The notes below the pieces were generated by a model that saw only the letters and a list, made by a program, of their open reading frames with translations, had not been told where the DNA came from and did no database searches. Both the position numbers and the translations under genes were made by a program. Below, piece after piece: positions 41,503-51,208 of a DNA stretch of 64,000 bases. Positions within the stretch are counted from its first letter, which is position 1. Each line of letters opens with the position of its first letter. The stretch is from Spirochaetaceae bacterium (GTDB taxonomy: Bacteria > Spirochaetota > Spirochaetia > DSM-2461), in the NCBI GenBank assembly GCA_051531975.1, contig JAOPTT010000005.1, forward strand, positions 288,001-352,000. Reading direction: 5' to 3'.

Positions 41503-42696
41503 TTGAATAAGTTTATAGTTTTTATAATTTTTTTACTAAATTTCTCATTTTTATGCTCTTCTGAGAGCCTTTTTGATCAAGGAAAGAAGTTTTTCGAAAA
41601 AAACAGTGTAGAAGAAGCAATGTACATATTTGAGGAAATAGTTATAACAGATCCAACAGAAAAGGCTTATAAATACCTTTCTGAGTGTTATAATATCTTG
41701 GAAATGCACGATGATGAAGTACTAGTTTTAGAGGAAGCAGTTACTACTGACTTAAAAGATCCTTCATATTTCTATTTCAAATTAGCCAACGCTTACCACT
41801 TAATAAAAGATTATAAAAACTCATTAAATAGCTATTTAGAAGTTTTAAATTTGAATAAAAGTTATATAAACGAAAGTTTTTTAAATATAGCAAATGTTTC
41901 TGTTGAGCTTGAACTCTTCTCAAGTGCCATTGATAATTATACAAAGTATTTAGAATTAGAACCAAAAACAAAACAGAAAAGAAAAATTATAAAGATGATA
42001 TTTCTATTAAAAAGAGCTCATAAGAAACAAGTTGTAGAACAGGAAGAAGAAAAACTTGCGGAGGCCGAAGCTGAGAAACTTGAACTAGAGAGTCGATTAG
42101 CCAGTGAACTAGAAGCTAATAAAGTAGATGAAGAGCGGTTAAATAGACTGTTAAAAGAACAACAATTAGAAGAAGATAGAAATAAGAAAGCACAGTTATT
42201 AGATGAAGAGAGACTTCTATATGATCAAGAACAAAAATCATTATTAGAAGAACAAAAGAAATTTGAAGAAGCAGAAGAAAAAGTTTTAAATCCTCCAGAT
42301 CCAGATATTGAAGCTTGGCGTCTTCAGCTTCAACAAAAAGAAGCTGAGTTAGACGAAAGAGAAAAACGTATATTAGAAGCAGAAAAAAGACTTAGAGAGG
42401 CTGAACAAGCAATTGAAGATTCTAAACTACAAGATCCATTTTCCGATACTTCTGGTTTAAAAGACCCTGCAAATAAACAACCAGATTTTGATCCAAATGA
42501 AACTGAGGCTGAAAAGTTACAAAGAGAAGAAGATTTAAAGTTAGAAAGAGCTATTTTAGAAGAGGAGATTCGTCAGAAAATTTTAATGGATGATATTTTA
42601 GATTCTCTAGATAAAATTGGTGAGAATGCCCAGGGTTTAAATGCTTCTAGCGAAAGTGCATATACTGAATTAGAAGGAGCTGGTATTGATGACTAA
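41503..42696 (+). CDS. Exported TPR protein with a coiled-coil C-terminus
   Basis: TTG start, signal peptide, TPRs and an E/K/Q-rich coil. Confidence 0.75.
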   Translation: MNKFIVFIIFLLNFSFLCSSESLFDQGKKFFEKNSVEEAMYIFEEIVITDPTEKAYKYLSECYNILEMHDDEVLVLEEAVTTDLKDPSYFYFKLANAYHLIKDYKNSLNSYLEVLNLNKSYINESFLNIANVSVELELFSSAIDNYTKYLELEPKTKQKRKIIKMIFLLKRAHKKQVVEQEEEKLAEAEAEKLELESRLASELEANKVDEERLNRLLKEQQLEEDRNKKAQLLDEERLLYDQEQKSLLEEQKKFEEAEEKVLNPPDPDIEAWRLQLQQKEAELDEREKRILEAEKRLREAEQAIEDSKLQDPFSDTSGLKDPANKQPDFDPNETEAEKLQREEDLKLERAILEEEIRQKILMDDILDSLDKIGENAQGLNASSESAYTELEGAGIDD

Positions 42697-45598
42697 AAAA
42701 AAGAAAGCTGTAACTGCAGCAGTTGCTGTTGCCATTTTCTCACTATTTATAGGTAGTGGAGCAATGATACTTAATCGGGTTAAAAGTGATAGAAATGAAA
42801 TTCTAAGTCTAGCAAACGATTATGCAGATAAACAAGAGTATTTAAAAGCTTTAGGTATTTTAGAGGCCTTAGCAGCAACAAATAAAAATAACAAAGAAAT
42901 TGCAGAACTTATTTCTATATATAAAAAGAAACAAGCAGAATTAGAACTGAAAAATATTAAATATAGCAGAGAAAACAGTGAACAACAGTTTATTGATAGG
43001 ATAAAAGACATAGCCAAAGATGTTGAAGATGCATTAGCAAAAAATGAACTTTATGCAGCAGATTTACTTAAAAATGAAATTTTAAAACTTGACCCAACAA
43101 ATACTCTTGCTAAATCCTTAGGATTAAAGATAAATGAGACACGTAAAGAGCAAGATAAACTAAAAGACATAATTAATAATATAATTGATGAAATACAAGA
43201 TGCATTCAAAAAGAACAGATTAAAAGATGCTGAAAACTTAAGTAATGAATTAGTACAACTTGATCCAAATAATCCAATATTAAAAACTATTGAAGACATA
43301 ATTATGCAGAGAACTTTAGATCATGAGAAGATTAAAAAACAGGTAAGTGATTTAGCCCAAAATATATATTCTGTAATAGAGGATTCTACTAAGGACAGTT
43401 TAGACCTATTATCTAAAGAATTACTAAAACTTGACCCTAAAAATCCGCTACCTAAACAGATTAAAAGTGACCAAGAACTTAATAATAATAAGAAGCAGGA
43501 TATTAAAAATAAAACAGATAATTTAGAAGATAACATTGATAGTATTTTTTCTGAAAACTTAATAATTGAAGCTGAAGATGCATTAGATAAAAACAATCTA
43601 ATAAAGGCTGAAGCTTTAATTAACGAGGTTTTGAAAATTGATCCACAAAATGCAGTAGCAAAAGAGTTAAAAATTAGAATTGATAGAAGAAAAGAGTCTA
43701 ATAAAATATTAAAGAAAGCAGAAGAAGCACTAACTGATAATAATATATTAGAAGCTGAAAGGTTAGCTAAGGAAGCTTTAAAAGTTGACCCAGATAACTC
43801 TTTAGTCTCAGATTTTGAAGATATTATAAAACGAAGCAAAGAGTTTCAAGATAAAGTTGAAAGTGCTAAAAAATCTTTTGATGAGGGAAACTTCTCTGAA
43901 GCTGATAAACTAATTAAAGAAGTTTTAAAAGCTGATCCTACAAACTTTACAGCAAAAGATTTAAGAGATAAATTAGAGGATAATAAGAGTGTCGATGAAT
44001 TGCTAAATGACGCAAAGTTAGCATTCGCCCAAGGTGATGAAATAGAAGCTGAAAGAATAATTGATAAAGTTCTAAAACGAGAACCTAATAATACAGAAGC
44101 CAACAAATTAAAAACTAAAATAGAAGAAAAAAAAGAGATAGATAAATTAATACAAGAAGCAACTAGTGCACTAAATAATAATGATATAGAAAAGGCAGAA
44201 GAATTATTAAATAAAGCGTTAGAAATTGATTCAAATAATGCTGATGTCCAAGAGTTAAAAGAAAAAGTAGAAGATGTACTAAAACAATTATCTGATAAAT
44301 ATAGTGATAAATCAAAAGAGTTAATCCAAGAAGCTTCAAAAGTTGATACAACTGATTCTAAAGCAGATGATTTAAAAAAAGAGATTGAAGATAATAAGGA
44401 TCTTAAAGATAAACTTCTTGATCAAGCAGAAACTCCCAAAAAGAGTTATGAAGAGTTAGTATCTATTGCTACGTTGTATCGAGAAAATGGTGATTATTTA
44501 AAAGAATTAGATACAATAGACGATATATTAGAAATTAAACTAACAGCTGAATATTATGTAAAAGCTGGAATAGCAAGTTATAAGGTTACTAAGTATACAA
44601 ATGCTATAGGCTATTTTCAAAAAGCAATCAATCTTGATAATAATTACCCGGAAACATATTATCCTATGGCGCTTACATATGCCCGGTTAGAGGATGATTT
44701 AAAAAGAGAAGAGACTCTTAATAAAGGTATTGAACTAAGACCAAATCATGCATCATCTCAGTATGAATTAGGGCGATTATATACTGATCATGAAGATTAT
44801 GATCGAGCATTAGAACTTTTTATAAAAGCTAAGAGTCTAGATGAATCTAGTGTTAAATTTCAGATGGGAGTTGCTTTAGCTTATTTTAACCTAGAAGATT
44901 ATTCTGAATCTATAGAAATCTATGAAAGTATATTAAGTTTAGATAAAAGTAAAAGCGAAGTTTATTATAATCTAAGTTTAGCAAGAGCTAAAATATCTGA
45001 TTATGACAGTGCTTTAACAGATATAACAAAAGCGATTGAAATAGATCCTGAGCTTGCAAAATATCACTATACTAAAGGTGAGATTTCAGAAGCATTAGGT
45101 GATGAAAATAGTGCAGCTGGTCATTATTTAAATGCCGTAAAACTAGATAATTATTATTATAAACCAATGTTAAATTTAGGTAATATATATGATAGAGTAG
45201 GCCGCTTTGAAGATGCTATCAAACTACTACAATTTGCACTTAAATTAAAACCAAATGATCCTAATATAAAATTTAGCCTTGGAGCGGCATATCTTCATAA
45301 CAAAGACTATGCAGAATCCTTAATTTTATTAGAAGAAGCACATATTAATGATAAAGAATCAGCATTTAAACTATATAATCTATCACTTGCTTATACTGAA
45401 GTTGGAGAGTCTATTAAAGCTGAAGATGGTTTTAAAAGAGTTATAGAACTTGATAATAATTTTATTGATGCTTATTACTATTTAGGTGAACTTTTATTTT
45501 CTATTGATAAAAAAGATGAATCTAGAACCTATTTTCAGAAGGTTCTAGAGTTAAATCCTGACTATATTTTTAAAGATAAAATATCAGAGTATCTTTAG
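42689..45598 (+). CDS. Large membrane-anchored TPR/repeat protein
   Basis: N-terminal TM, central helical repeats ending in LxxDPxN, and about 10 C-terminal TPRs. Confidence 0.8.
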   Translation: MTKKKKAVTAAVAVAIFSLFIGSGAMILNRVKSDRNEILSLANDYADKQEYLKALGILEALAATNKNNKEIAELISIYKKKQAELELKNIKYSRENSEQQFIDRIKDIAKDVEDALAKNELYAADLLKNEILKLDPTNTLAKSLGLKINETRKEQDKLKDIINNIIDEIQDAFKKNRLKDAENLSNELVQLDPNNPILKTIEDIIMQRTLDHEKIKKQVSDLAQNIYSVIEDSTKDSLDLLSKELLKLDPKNPLPKQIKSDQELNNNKKQDIKNKTDNLEDNIDSIFSENLIIEAEDALDKNNLIKAEALINEVLKIDPQNAVAKELKIRIDRRKESNKILKKAEEALTDNNILEAERLAKEALKVDPDNSLVSDFEDIIKRSKEFQDKVESAKKSFDEGNFSEADKLIKEVLKADPTNFTAKDLRDKLEDNKSVDELLNDAKLAFAQGDEIEAERIIDKVLKREPNNTEANKLKTKIEEKKEIDKLIQEATSALNNNDIEKAEELLNKALEIDSNNADVQELKEKVEDVLKQLSDKYSDKSKELIQEASKVDTTDSKADDLKKEIEDNKDLKDKLLDQAETPKKSYEELVSIATLYRENGDYLKELDTIDDILEIKLTAEYYVKAGIASYKVTKYTNAIGYFQKAINLDNNYPETYYPMALTYARLEDDLKREETLNKGIELRPNHASSQYELGRLYTDHEDYDRALELFIKAKSLDESSVKFQMGVALAYFNLEDYSESIEIYESILSLDKSKSEVYYNLSLARAKISDYDSALTDITKAIEIDPELAKYHYTKGEISEALGDENSAAGHYLNAVKLDNYYYKPMLNLGNIYDRVGRFEDAIKLLQFALKLKPNDPNIKFSLGAAYLHNKDYAESLILLEEAHINDKESAFKLYNLSLAYTEVGESIKAEDGFKRVIELDNNFIDAYYYLGELLFSIDKKDESRTYFQKVLELNPDYIFKDKISEYL

Positions 45599-47271
45599 TT
45601 ATCTATCTTAATATGAGAAACCTCTTTAAAATGTGGTCCAAGTTTTGGTAATATATGAGCAACTGTATCAAAGTCTCCTTCAACACCTAAAACAGCATAA
45701 CCAGTATTTCCCCGCTCTCCTAATTGTAGCGTCTCAATATTTACATCCAAAGCTGAAAGTGCAGAGAGTAATATTAAAAGAACCCCGGCACTATTTTTAT
45801 GGCTAGTAATTATCATATGGTCTGTCACTGGGGTATGAATATCAATACCATCAACTTCTAATAAAAACAGTGAACCAGGTGCATTTCTCTCTGTAATTCC
45901 GTGCATCTCTCTAAGTTCAAGAGTATAAAAATTACCCTGACCTGTGCCTTTTGTAAACTCAATTGCCTCTTCAACATCTTTTATATCCCCAGTGAATGTT
46001 AAAAATGCTTCTGCGGTACCATTGCCAGCTGAATTAAGCTCTGCTGTCTCTATATTTATCCCTTCAGACGCTAAGGCGTTCATTAAAATAGTTAATATAC
46101 CTGAATGGTCTCTATGGTTGGAGTAGATACCTAATTTTTTTTCAGAAACTGTTACTGGATGTTTTGGTGCAATAGTTAAAGATCTATCATCCTTTCGAAC
46201 TGTTACACAATCAAAAGTACCACCTTTTACAGATCCAGTAAAATCATCGCATAACGATGTGAAATTTCCTCCAAAAGAGTAATTTGGTATTTTATTTCTC
46301 TGGGTTACACTACGTTTATTTAGTAGTTCTATCGCTTTATTAACAATATCATACATATCTTTTTTATTTTCTGGGTCTTCTAATGGTCTCTTTTCTGGGA
46401 TGAAGTTAGAAAAGCTTAAATAATATTTATACCCAGCTTCTTTTAAATAATCGATTCCCTCTTTATATAATTTACCTAAATTTTCAATATAATGGGTATC
46501 GGTACCTAGTGTTACTGGTATTCCTAAAGCTTTAGCTCTTTTTAGAATATTAATATTTGGGTAGGTTCCACATTTACGTTTAATTCCAGCAAGGTTAACA
46601 TCTAATGCTAAATTATATTCACTCATTTTCTCTAATAATAGACGCATCTTTCTTGCTAATGGGTCATCTGAATTATCTAGATCTAAAAAACATTCCGGTA
46701 GTGGAGAGTAAAGTTTAAGAAGGTCCAAATGCCCTACAACTTGAATTGTTTTCCAAGTAGCATCTATCATTTCTATCATTTCATTAAGATAACCCATCCA
46801 GTATTGGTGTAAACCACCTCGTAATTCAATTAATCGTTTTGTCTCGGTAGGGGAGCCATCGTAGGCAATAGTTTCTGCTGAAAAATGAATTGAACCTATT
46901 ATGAAATCTATACCCTCAGCTTGAAAAATCTTACTTTTATTCCATGCTAAACCGATATCAGAACCTTGCCATTCAAGTTCTATACCGTACTTAATGTCAA
47001 TCTTATATTGGTACTTTTTCTTTAGGGCTTTTATGTTTCTACTGTAGTTAAAATAAGCGTAGTCACCTCTAATAAATTTTATATCTGTATTTCTCTCAGC
47101 ATCGTATCTATAACCTGTAAGTCTAGGTGTATGTATTATAAAAGTAACACTCGGGTGCCCTTTAGTTATAGATTGTTTTATGACACTTTCTAAATCATCT
47201 ATTCCGTGTTTTACATGATCTGTGCCTGTTCCTGTATGTACTCCATGTGTTTCCCATATAAAATTTTCCAT
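45595..47271 (-). CDS. PHP-family histidinol-phosphatase-like protein fused to two ACT domains
   Basis: THGVH, YGIELEW, DFIIGSIH, GHLDL and GTDTH PHP motifs; C-terminal HRDHSGIL...INI and HKNSAGVL...VNI ACT motifs. Confidence 0.8.
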   Translation of the reverse strand: MENFIWETHGVHTGTGTDHVKHGIDDLESVIKQSITKGHPSVTFIIHTPRLTGYRYDAERNTDIKFIRGDYAYFNYSRNIKALKKKYQYKIDIKYGIELEWQGSDIGLAWNKSKIFQAEGIDFIIGSIHFSAETIAYDGSPTETKRLIELRGGLHQYWMGYLNEMIEMIDATWKTIQVVGHLDLLKLYSPLPECFLDLDNSDDPLARKMRLLLEKMSEYNLALDVNLAGIKRKCGTYPNINILKRAKALGIPVTLGTDTHYIENLGKLYKEGIDYLKEAGYKYYLSFSNFIPEKRPLEDPENKKDMYDIVNKAIELLNKRSVTQRNKIPNYSFGGNFTSLCDDFTGSVKGGTFDCVTVRKDDRSLTIAPKHPVTVSEKKLGIYSNHRDHSGILTILMNALASEGINIETAELNSAGNGTAEAFLTFTGDIKDVEEAIEFTKGTGQGNFYTLELREMHGITERNAPGSLFLLEVDGIDIHTPVTDHMIITSHKNSAGVLLILLSALSALDVNIETLQLGERGNTGYAVLGVEGDFDTVAHILPKLGPHFKEVSHIKIDN

Positions 47272-47279
47272 ATCTTTGA

Positions 47280-47325
47280 CTCCTTGGTTGCATAGGCGAG
47301 CAGTAATTTTTGATTATGACCATCC
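47280..47325 (-). repeat. Single copy of the pth-leader repeat, forming the PHP-ACT gene leader
   Basis: 24/25 identity between 47279-47303 and 36396-36420. Confidence 0.8.
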
Positions 47326-47449
47326 TTTAACTATCTTAGGTTAATGGAGGAAAATTATGAAGTAGTCAAATAAATATTTTTTTAATTATTTAGTAAAACT
47401 AGGGGGGTGCATTGTAGATAAATTAGAATTGTTACAGTAATATAACACC

Positions 47450-48475
47450 ATGAATCAATGTTGCAAAGATGCCGAAGTTTACTTAAAAAATACAAATATA
47501 ACAGATTTTGTAGAGTTACAACTGTTTATCAATAAATTTAATTCAGTAATTGAAGACTATGCCCAAAATGGTCTTTCTTCATATTTATTAGGTGGGATAG
47601 AACTTTGTTTAAAACTCTCTAGATCTATAGGTTATGTTCAGGGTGAAGCTAAAACAAAGTGGCTAAAGGGACATGTTCTTTTTATCGGTGGGCTATATCG
47701 TTTAGCTCTTAAAAGTTATACATATGCAAACAGTATATTAAATAAAGATGATAGTGATATTGCTTCTTTTTATAGTAGTTATGCTCTAAACCTAGTATGT
47801 GGTGGAGAAGTTGAAAAATCTTTAGAACTAGTTAAGTGGTTAATCGATAATGGGTATGGTAACCAAGCGAGTCCTATAATATCCTATATATTACAATATC
47901 AAGGTGAGCCACAACTCTCTTTCTCTATAATTGATAGAATAAAAGAAGATTCTAACCTGAATAACTTTAGAAAAATAAAAAGTTTAATTGAACTAAATAG
48001 AATAGAAGAAGCTAATACACTATTGTGTGATCGTGCCCAGAACAGTGAAAATAACTGTTTTATGTCCGCATATATTAATAGCTTAGACTATCTGATTAAA
48101 GTGAAAAAAGGTGAAGTTATTGATCAGGAAGTATTAGAAACAGTTGTTAGCAATCTAAAAAGGAAAAATATATTTTTTTATTATATAGAGGGACTTTTAA
48201 ATATTGCGGAAGTATTTAGTGAGTTAGATGAGTTAAATAAAGCTACAGCTATACTAAATATTGTTAAATATAATAGAAAAGACTTAGTTACTTTGGATTA
48301 TAGACTATTTAAACTCCTTGAGATTGTAAAACTAAAACAAGAAGATTATAAAGGTGCCTATAAATATAGTTCTCTTGCTACAGAAATTGTAAAAAATAGA
48401 ACTACATTTAATATTGATAGGTCTTTAAGAGGAATGGCTGACTTTTTATATCCAACTAAGAGTCTGGTTAGTTAA
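47450..48475 (+). CDS. Hypothetical TPR-like helical protein
   Basis: 341-aa ORF with a TPR-like pattern (LSRSIGYVQGEA). Confidence 0.6.
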   Translation: MNQCCKDAEVYLKNTNITDFVELQLFINKFNSVIEDYAQNGLSSYLLGGIELCLKLSRSIGYVQGEAKTKWLKGHVLFIGGLYRLALKSYTYANSILNKDDSDIASFYSSYALNLVCGGEVEKSLELVKWLIDNGYGNQASPIISYILQYQGEPQLSFSIIDRIKEDSNLNNFRKIKSLIELNRIEEANTLLCDRAQNSENNCFMSAYINSLDYLIKVKKGEVIDQEVLETVVSNLKRKNIFFYYIEGLLNIAEVFSELDELNKATAILNIVKYNRKDLVTLDYRLFKLLEIVKLKQEDYKGAYKYSSLATEIVKNRTTFNIDRSLRGMADFLYPTKSLVS

Positions 48476-48770
48476 AACCTTTTGATTTACTATCCTCAGG
48501 CATTAAAACTCTTTTAGGTTTATTTTTGTTCACGTAAGGTGTATCTTCTTTTTTCCCTCTTTTAAAGGTAATTAAACCATTTAAGAAACGTTCTAAAACT
48601 TTATCAGTAATTTCTCGAAATAGGGGGGAGTCTAATTTCTCCATATATTCTGTTATAGTTTGTTCTTCTATTTTGTAGTCATCTAAAGCGAAGATTTTAA
48701 CTATATCCTTCTCTTTTAAGTCTAGTGCGTATCTAAGTTTTCTCATTACATGATTGTTTCGATATTCCAT
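48468..48770 (-). CDS. YehS/DUF1456 family protein (single domain)
   Basis: NNHVMRKLRYALDL and FLNGLITFKRG motifs. Confidence 0.85.
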   Translation of the reverse strand: MEYRNNHVMRKLRYALDLKEKDIVKIFALDDYKIEEQTITEYMEKLDSPLFREITDKVLERFLNGLITFKRGKKEDTPYVNKNKPKRVLMPEDSKSKGFN

Positions 48771-48903
48771 TAAAACTCCTTATTTTCTAATATAGAGGTA
48801 TAACAACTCTTAATCAACATATTATTTTTAGTATAGTTTGCATTTTTGATAGAAAATTGGTAAGAACTAGTTTATAATAGAAATATAAGAGAGGTGTAGT
48901 TCT

Positions 48904-49386
48904 ATGAAAATTAAAGTTTTATCTATTCTACTTCTACCTTTATTAATGTTTGGTTGTAGTAATTTTATTGATAATGAAACTAATATAGGTGTAAATGCAA
49001 TACTCCATTCTGATGAAAGTAGATCATTAGCTGATGTCGGCAATGTTACAAATCTAAAACTATGGATAGCTGATGAAGACGTTGATTACCAAGAAGTTAA
49101 TCCTACAAGTTATGATTCTACAGTTTATTTTGATAGTTTAGATCCAACGACTTTAGCAGATTTAGGAGTTAGATTAATTGAAAGTTCAACTTCTGAAATA
49201 GAGTTTGATATAATAACCAATGTAGTTATGACTTTCTCTTTAAGAGTTGAGTGTGACTCTGGACGTGTTTTTACCGGTGAAGTAGAACGATCTATTGTTC
49301 CAAATATTTCAACAATACAAATAGATATATATGAAACTTCTGTAAGTAGTACTGGTGAAGATATAACTAATGTCTTTGAGGGTTAA
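48904..49386 (+). CDS. Hypothetical lipoprotein
   Basis: Lipobox LMFGC and SD GAGGTG. Confidence 0.7.
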   Translation: MKIKVLSILLLPLLMFGCSNFIDNETNIGVNAILHSDESRSLADVGNVTNLKLWIADEDVDYQEVNPTSYDSTVYFDSLDPTTLADLGVRLIESSTSEIEFDIITNVVMTFSLRVECDSGRVFTGEVERSIVPNISTIQIDIYETSVSSTGEDITNVFEG

Positions 49387-49424
49387 GGGTTTTTTTGTTA
49401 AGTTAAAAATGTTATACTCCTTCG

Positions 49425-50168
49425 ATGGCAAAAGTTGATAAGGTATTTAGTAACCCAATAGGAGAGATTCCTCCGTTTACATTTAATGAAAAAGTAGCTC
49501 ATGTATTTGATGATATGGCAGAAAGGTCTATACCTTTTTATAGAGAAGTTCAAAAGATGATTACTGACTTATCTCTTACCTTCTTTCAAGAGGGCTCAAA
49601 GATCTACGATCTAGGTTGTAGTACAGCAACAACAACCGCATTGGTATACCAAGGTTTAGTAGATAGAGGTATTTCAGACTTTTTTATTAAAGGTATAGAT
49701 TCTGCAGAACCTATGTGTGAAGAGGCAAGGATAAAACTTGATAGTATTGGTGCATCGAGGGATCATGTAACTATTACAAATGGTGATTTTTTAACAGAAG
49801 AGATTCATGATGCATCCGTTGTTATTATGAACTATACCCTCCAATTCATTGACCCTTTAAAAAGAGAAACTGTAATTAAAAAAATATACGATGGACTTAG
49901 ACATAATGGAATTTTGTTAGTCAGCGATAAATTACGACAAACAAATACTGATATAAGCAGAACATTTATAGATAAATATTATAACATGAAGAGACTTAAC
50001 GGCTATAGTGAATTAGAGATTTCCCAGAAAAGGGAAGCTTTGGATAATGTATTAATTCCATATACATTAGAAGAAGAGACTAGGTTATTTAGTGATTGTG
50101 GTTTTAAAGGTGTTGATGCATTTTTTTCTTGGTATAATTTTACATCGTTTATATGTATAAAGAAGTAG
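49425..50168 (+). CDS. cmoA: Carboxy-SAM synthase
   Basis: F.FNEKVA.VFDDM..RSIPFY, YDLGCS, NYTLQF and GYSELEISQKREAL motifs. Confidence 0.95.
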   Translation: MAKVDKVFSNPIGEIPPFTFNEKVAHVFDDMAERSIPFYREVQKMITDLSLTFFQEGSKIYDLGCSTATTTALVYQGLVDRGISDFFIKGIDSAEPMCEEARIKLDSIGASRDHVTITNGDFLTEEIHDASVVIMNYTLQFIDPLKRETVIKKIYDGLRHNGILLVSDKLRQTNTDISRTFIDKYYNMKRLNGYSELEISQKREALDNVLIPYTLEEETRLFSDCGFKGVDAFFSWYNFTSFICIKK

Positions 50169-50173
50169 GTTTA

Positions 50174-51187
50174 ATGGGTTCAGAAGATTATATAAATAAT
50201 AGATATTTAGATAAGTATAAAGGTAAAAACCTTCCACTGTTAGAAGATATTTATAAAGAGAGAGTAATACAGTCTAGACTTTTAGATATTGAAGCAAACA
50301 GACACCACTGGGATAATTTAAATTCTCTGCCAAACTTAAAAACTTCCCATGTAGTATTAGATAAAGCTACTGTGGAAATTGGTTTAGAGTCTGAATTAGA
50401 TGAAGTTGGTAAAGAGGCTTTAGTTAAAACTTTAAAAGATTTAATGCCCTGGAGAAAGGGTCCATGGAACTACTTTGGTACGGAAGTTGATACTGAGTGG
50501 CGAAGTAATATGAAGTGGGATAGGGTAATAGAAGCTGTTAAACCAAACTTTAAAGGTAAACGGATTCTAGACATTGGGTGTAATAATCTCTATTATATGT
50601 ACAAAATGTTAGCTGATGACCCAGAAATTATTATGGGTTTTGATCCATTACCAAGGTACTATTTTAACCATCTATTAAATAGACGATTTGTCCAGGACCC
50701 TAGAGTTGAATTTGAACTATTTGGTGTTGAACAAGCAGGTATGTTTAAGAACTTTTTTGATTATACTTTTTTTATGGGGATTTTATACCATAGAAGAGAC
50801 CCAATGGGTGCTTTAAAAAATGTATATGACTCATTAAAAAAAGGTGGTACTTTAATTATGGAGTGTTCAGGAATTGAAGGGGACGACCCTGTAGCACTAT
50901 TTCCTGAAGGTCGATATTGTAAAGCTCCTGGTTATTGGTTTTTACCAACCTGGAAAACAATAGAGAACATGTTACATAGAACTGGTTTTACAGAGATAGA
51001 GACTTTTTACAAAGAGCCTCATACCACTGAAGAGCAGAGAAAAACACCATGGATTCAGACAAATTCATTAGAGGATTTTTTGGATCCTAATGATAGTAGT
51101 AAAACTGTAGAGGGTTACCCTGCACCAGTTAGAATATATACAAAGGCTGTAAAGCCATTAAAAAGAAATAAAAAGATATACGATTAA
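50174..51187 (+). CDS. cmoB: tRNA U34 carboxymethyltransferase
   Basis: LMPWRKGP, DTEWRS..KW, MGILYHRRDP and TVEGYPAP motifs. Confidence 0.95.
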   Translation: MGSEDYINNRYLDKYKGKNLPLLEDIYKERVIQSRLLDIEANRHHWDNLNSLPNLKTSHVVLDKATVEIGLESELDEVGKEALVKTLKDLMPWRKGPWNYFGTEVDTEWRSNMKWDRVIEAVKPNFKGKRILDIGCNNLYYMYKMLADDPEIIMGFDPLPRYYFNHLLNRRFVQDPRVEFELFGVEQAGMFKNFFDYTFFMGILYHRRDPMGALKNVYDSLKKGGTLIMECSGIEGDDPVALFPEGRYCKAPGYWFLPTWKTIENMLHRTGFTEIETFYKEPHTTEEQRKTPWIQTNSLEDFLDPNDSSKTVEGYPAPVRIYTKAVKPLKRNKKIYD

Positions 51188-51208
51188 GTATATGATAAGG
51201 ATATAAAC

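Noticed and set aside
47344..47373. Mini-ORFs MEENYEVVK / MK after GGAGG on the plus strand
   Set aside because: Too short to support, and they coincide with the probable minus-strand promoter region of the PHP-ACT gene.
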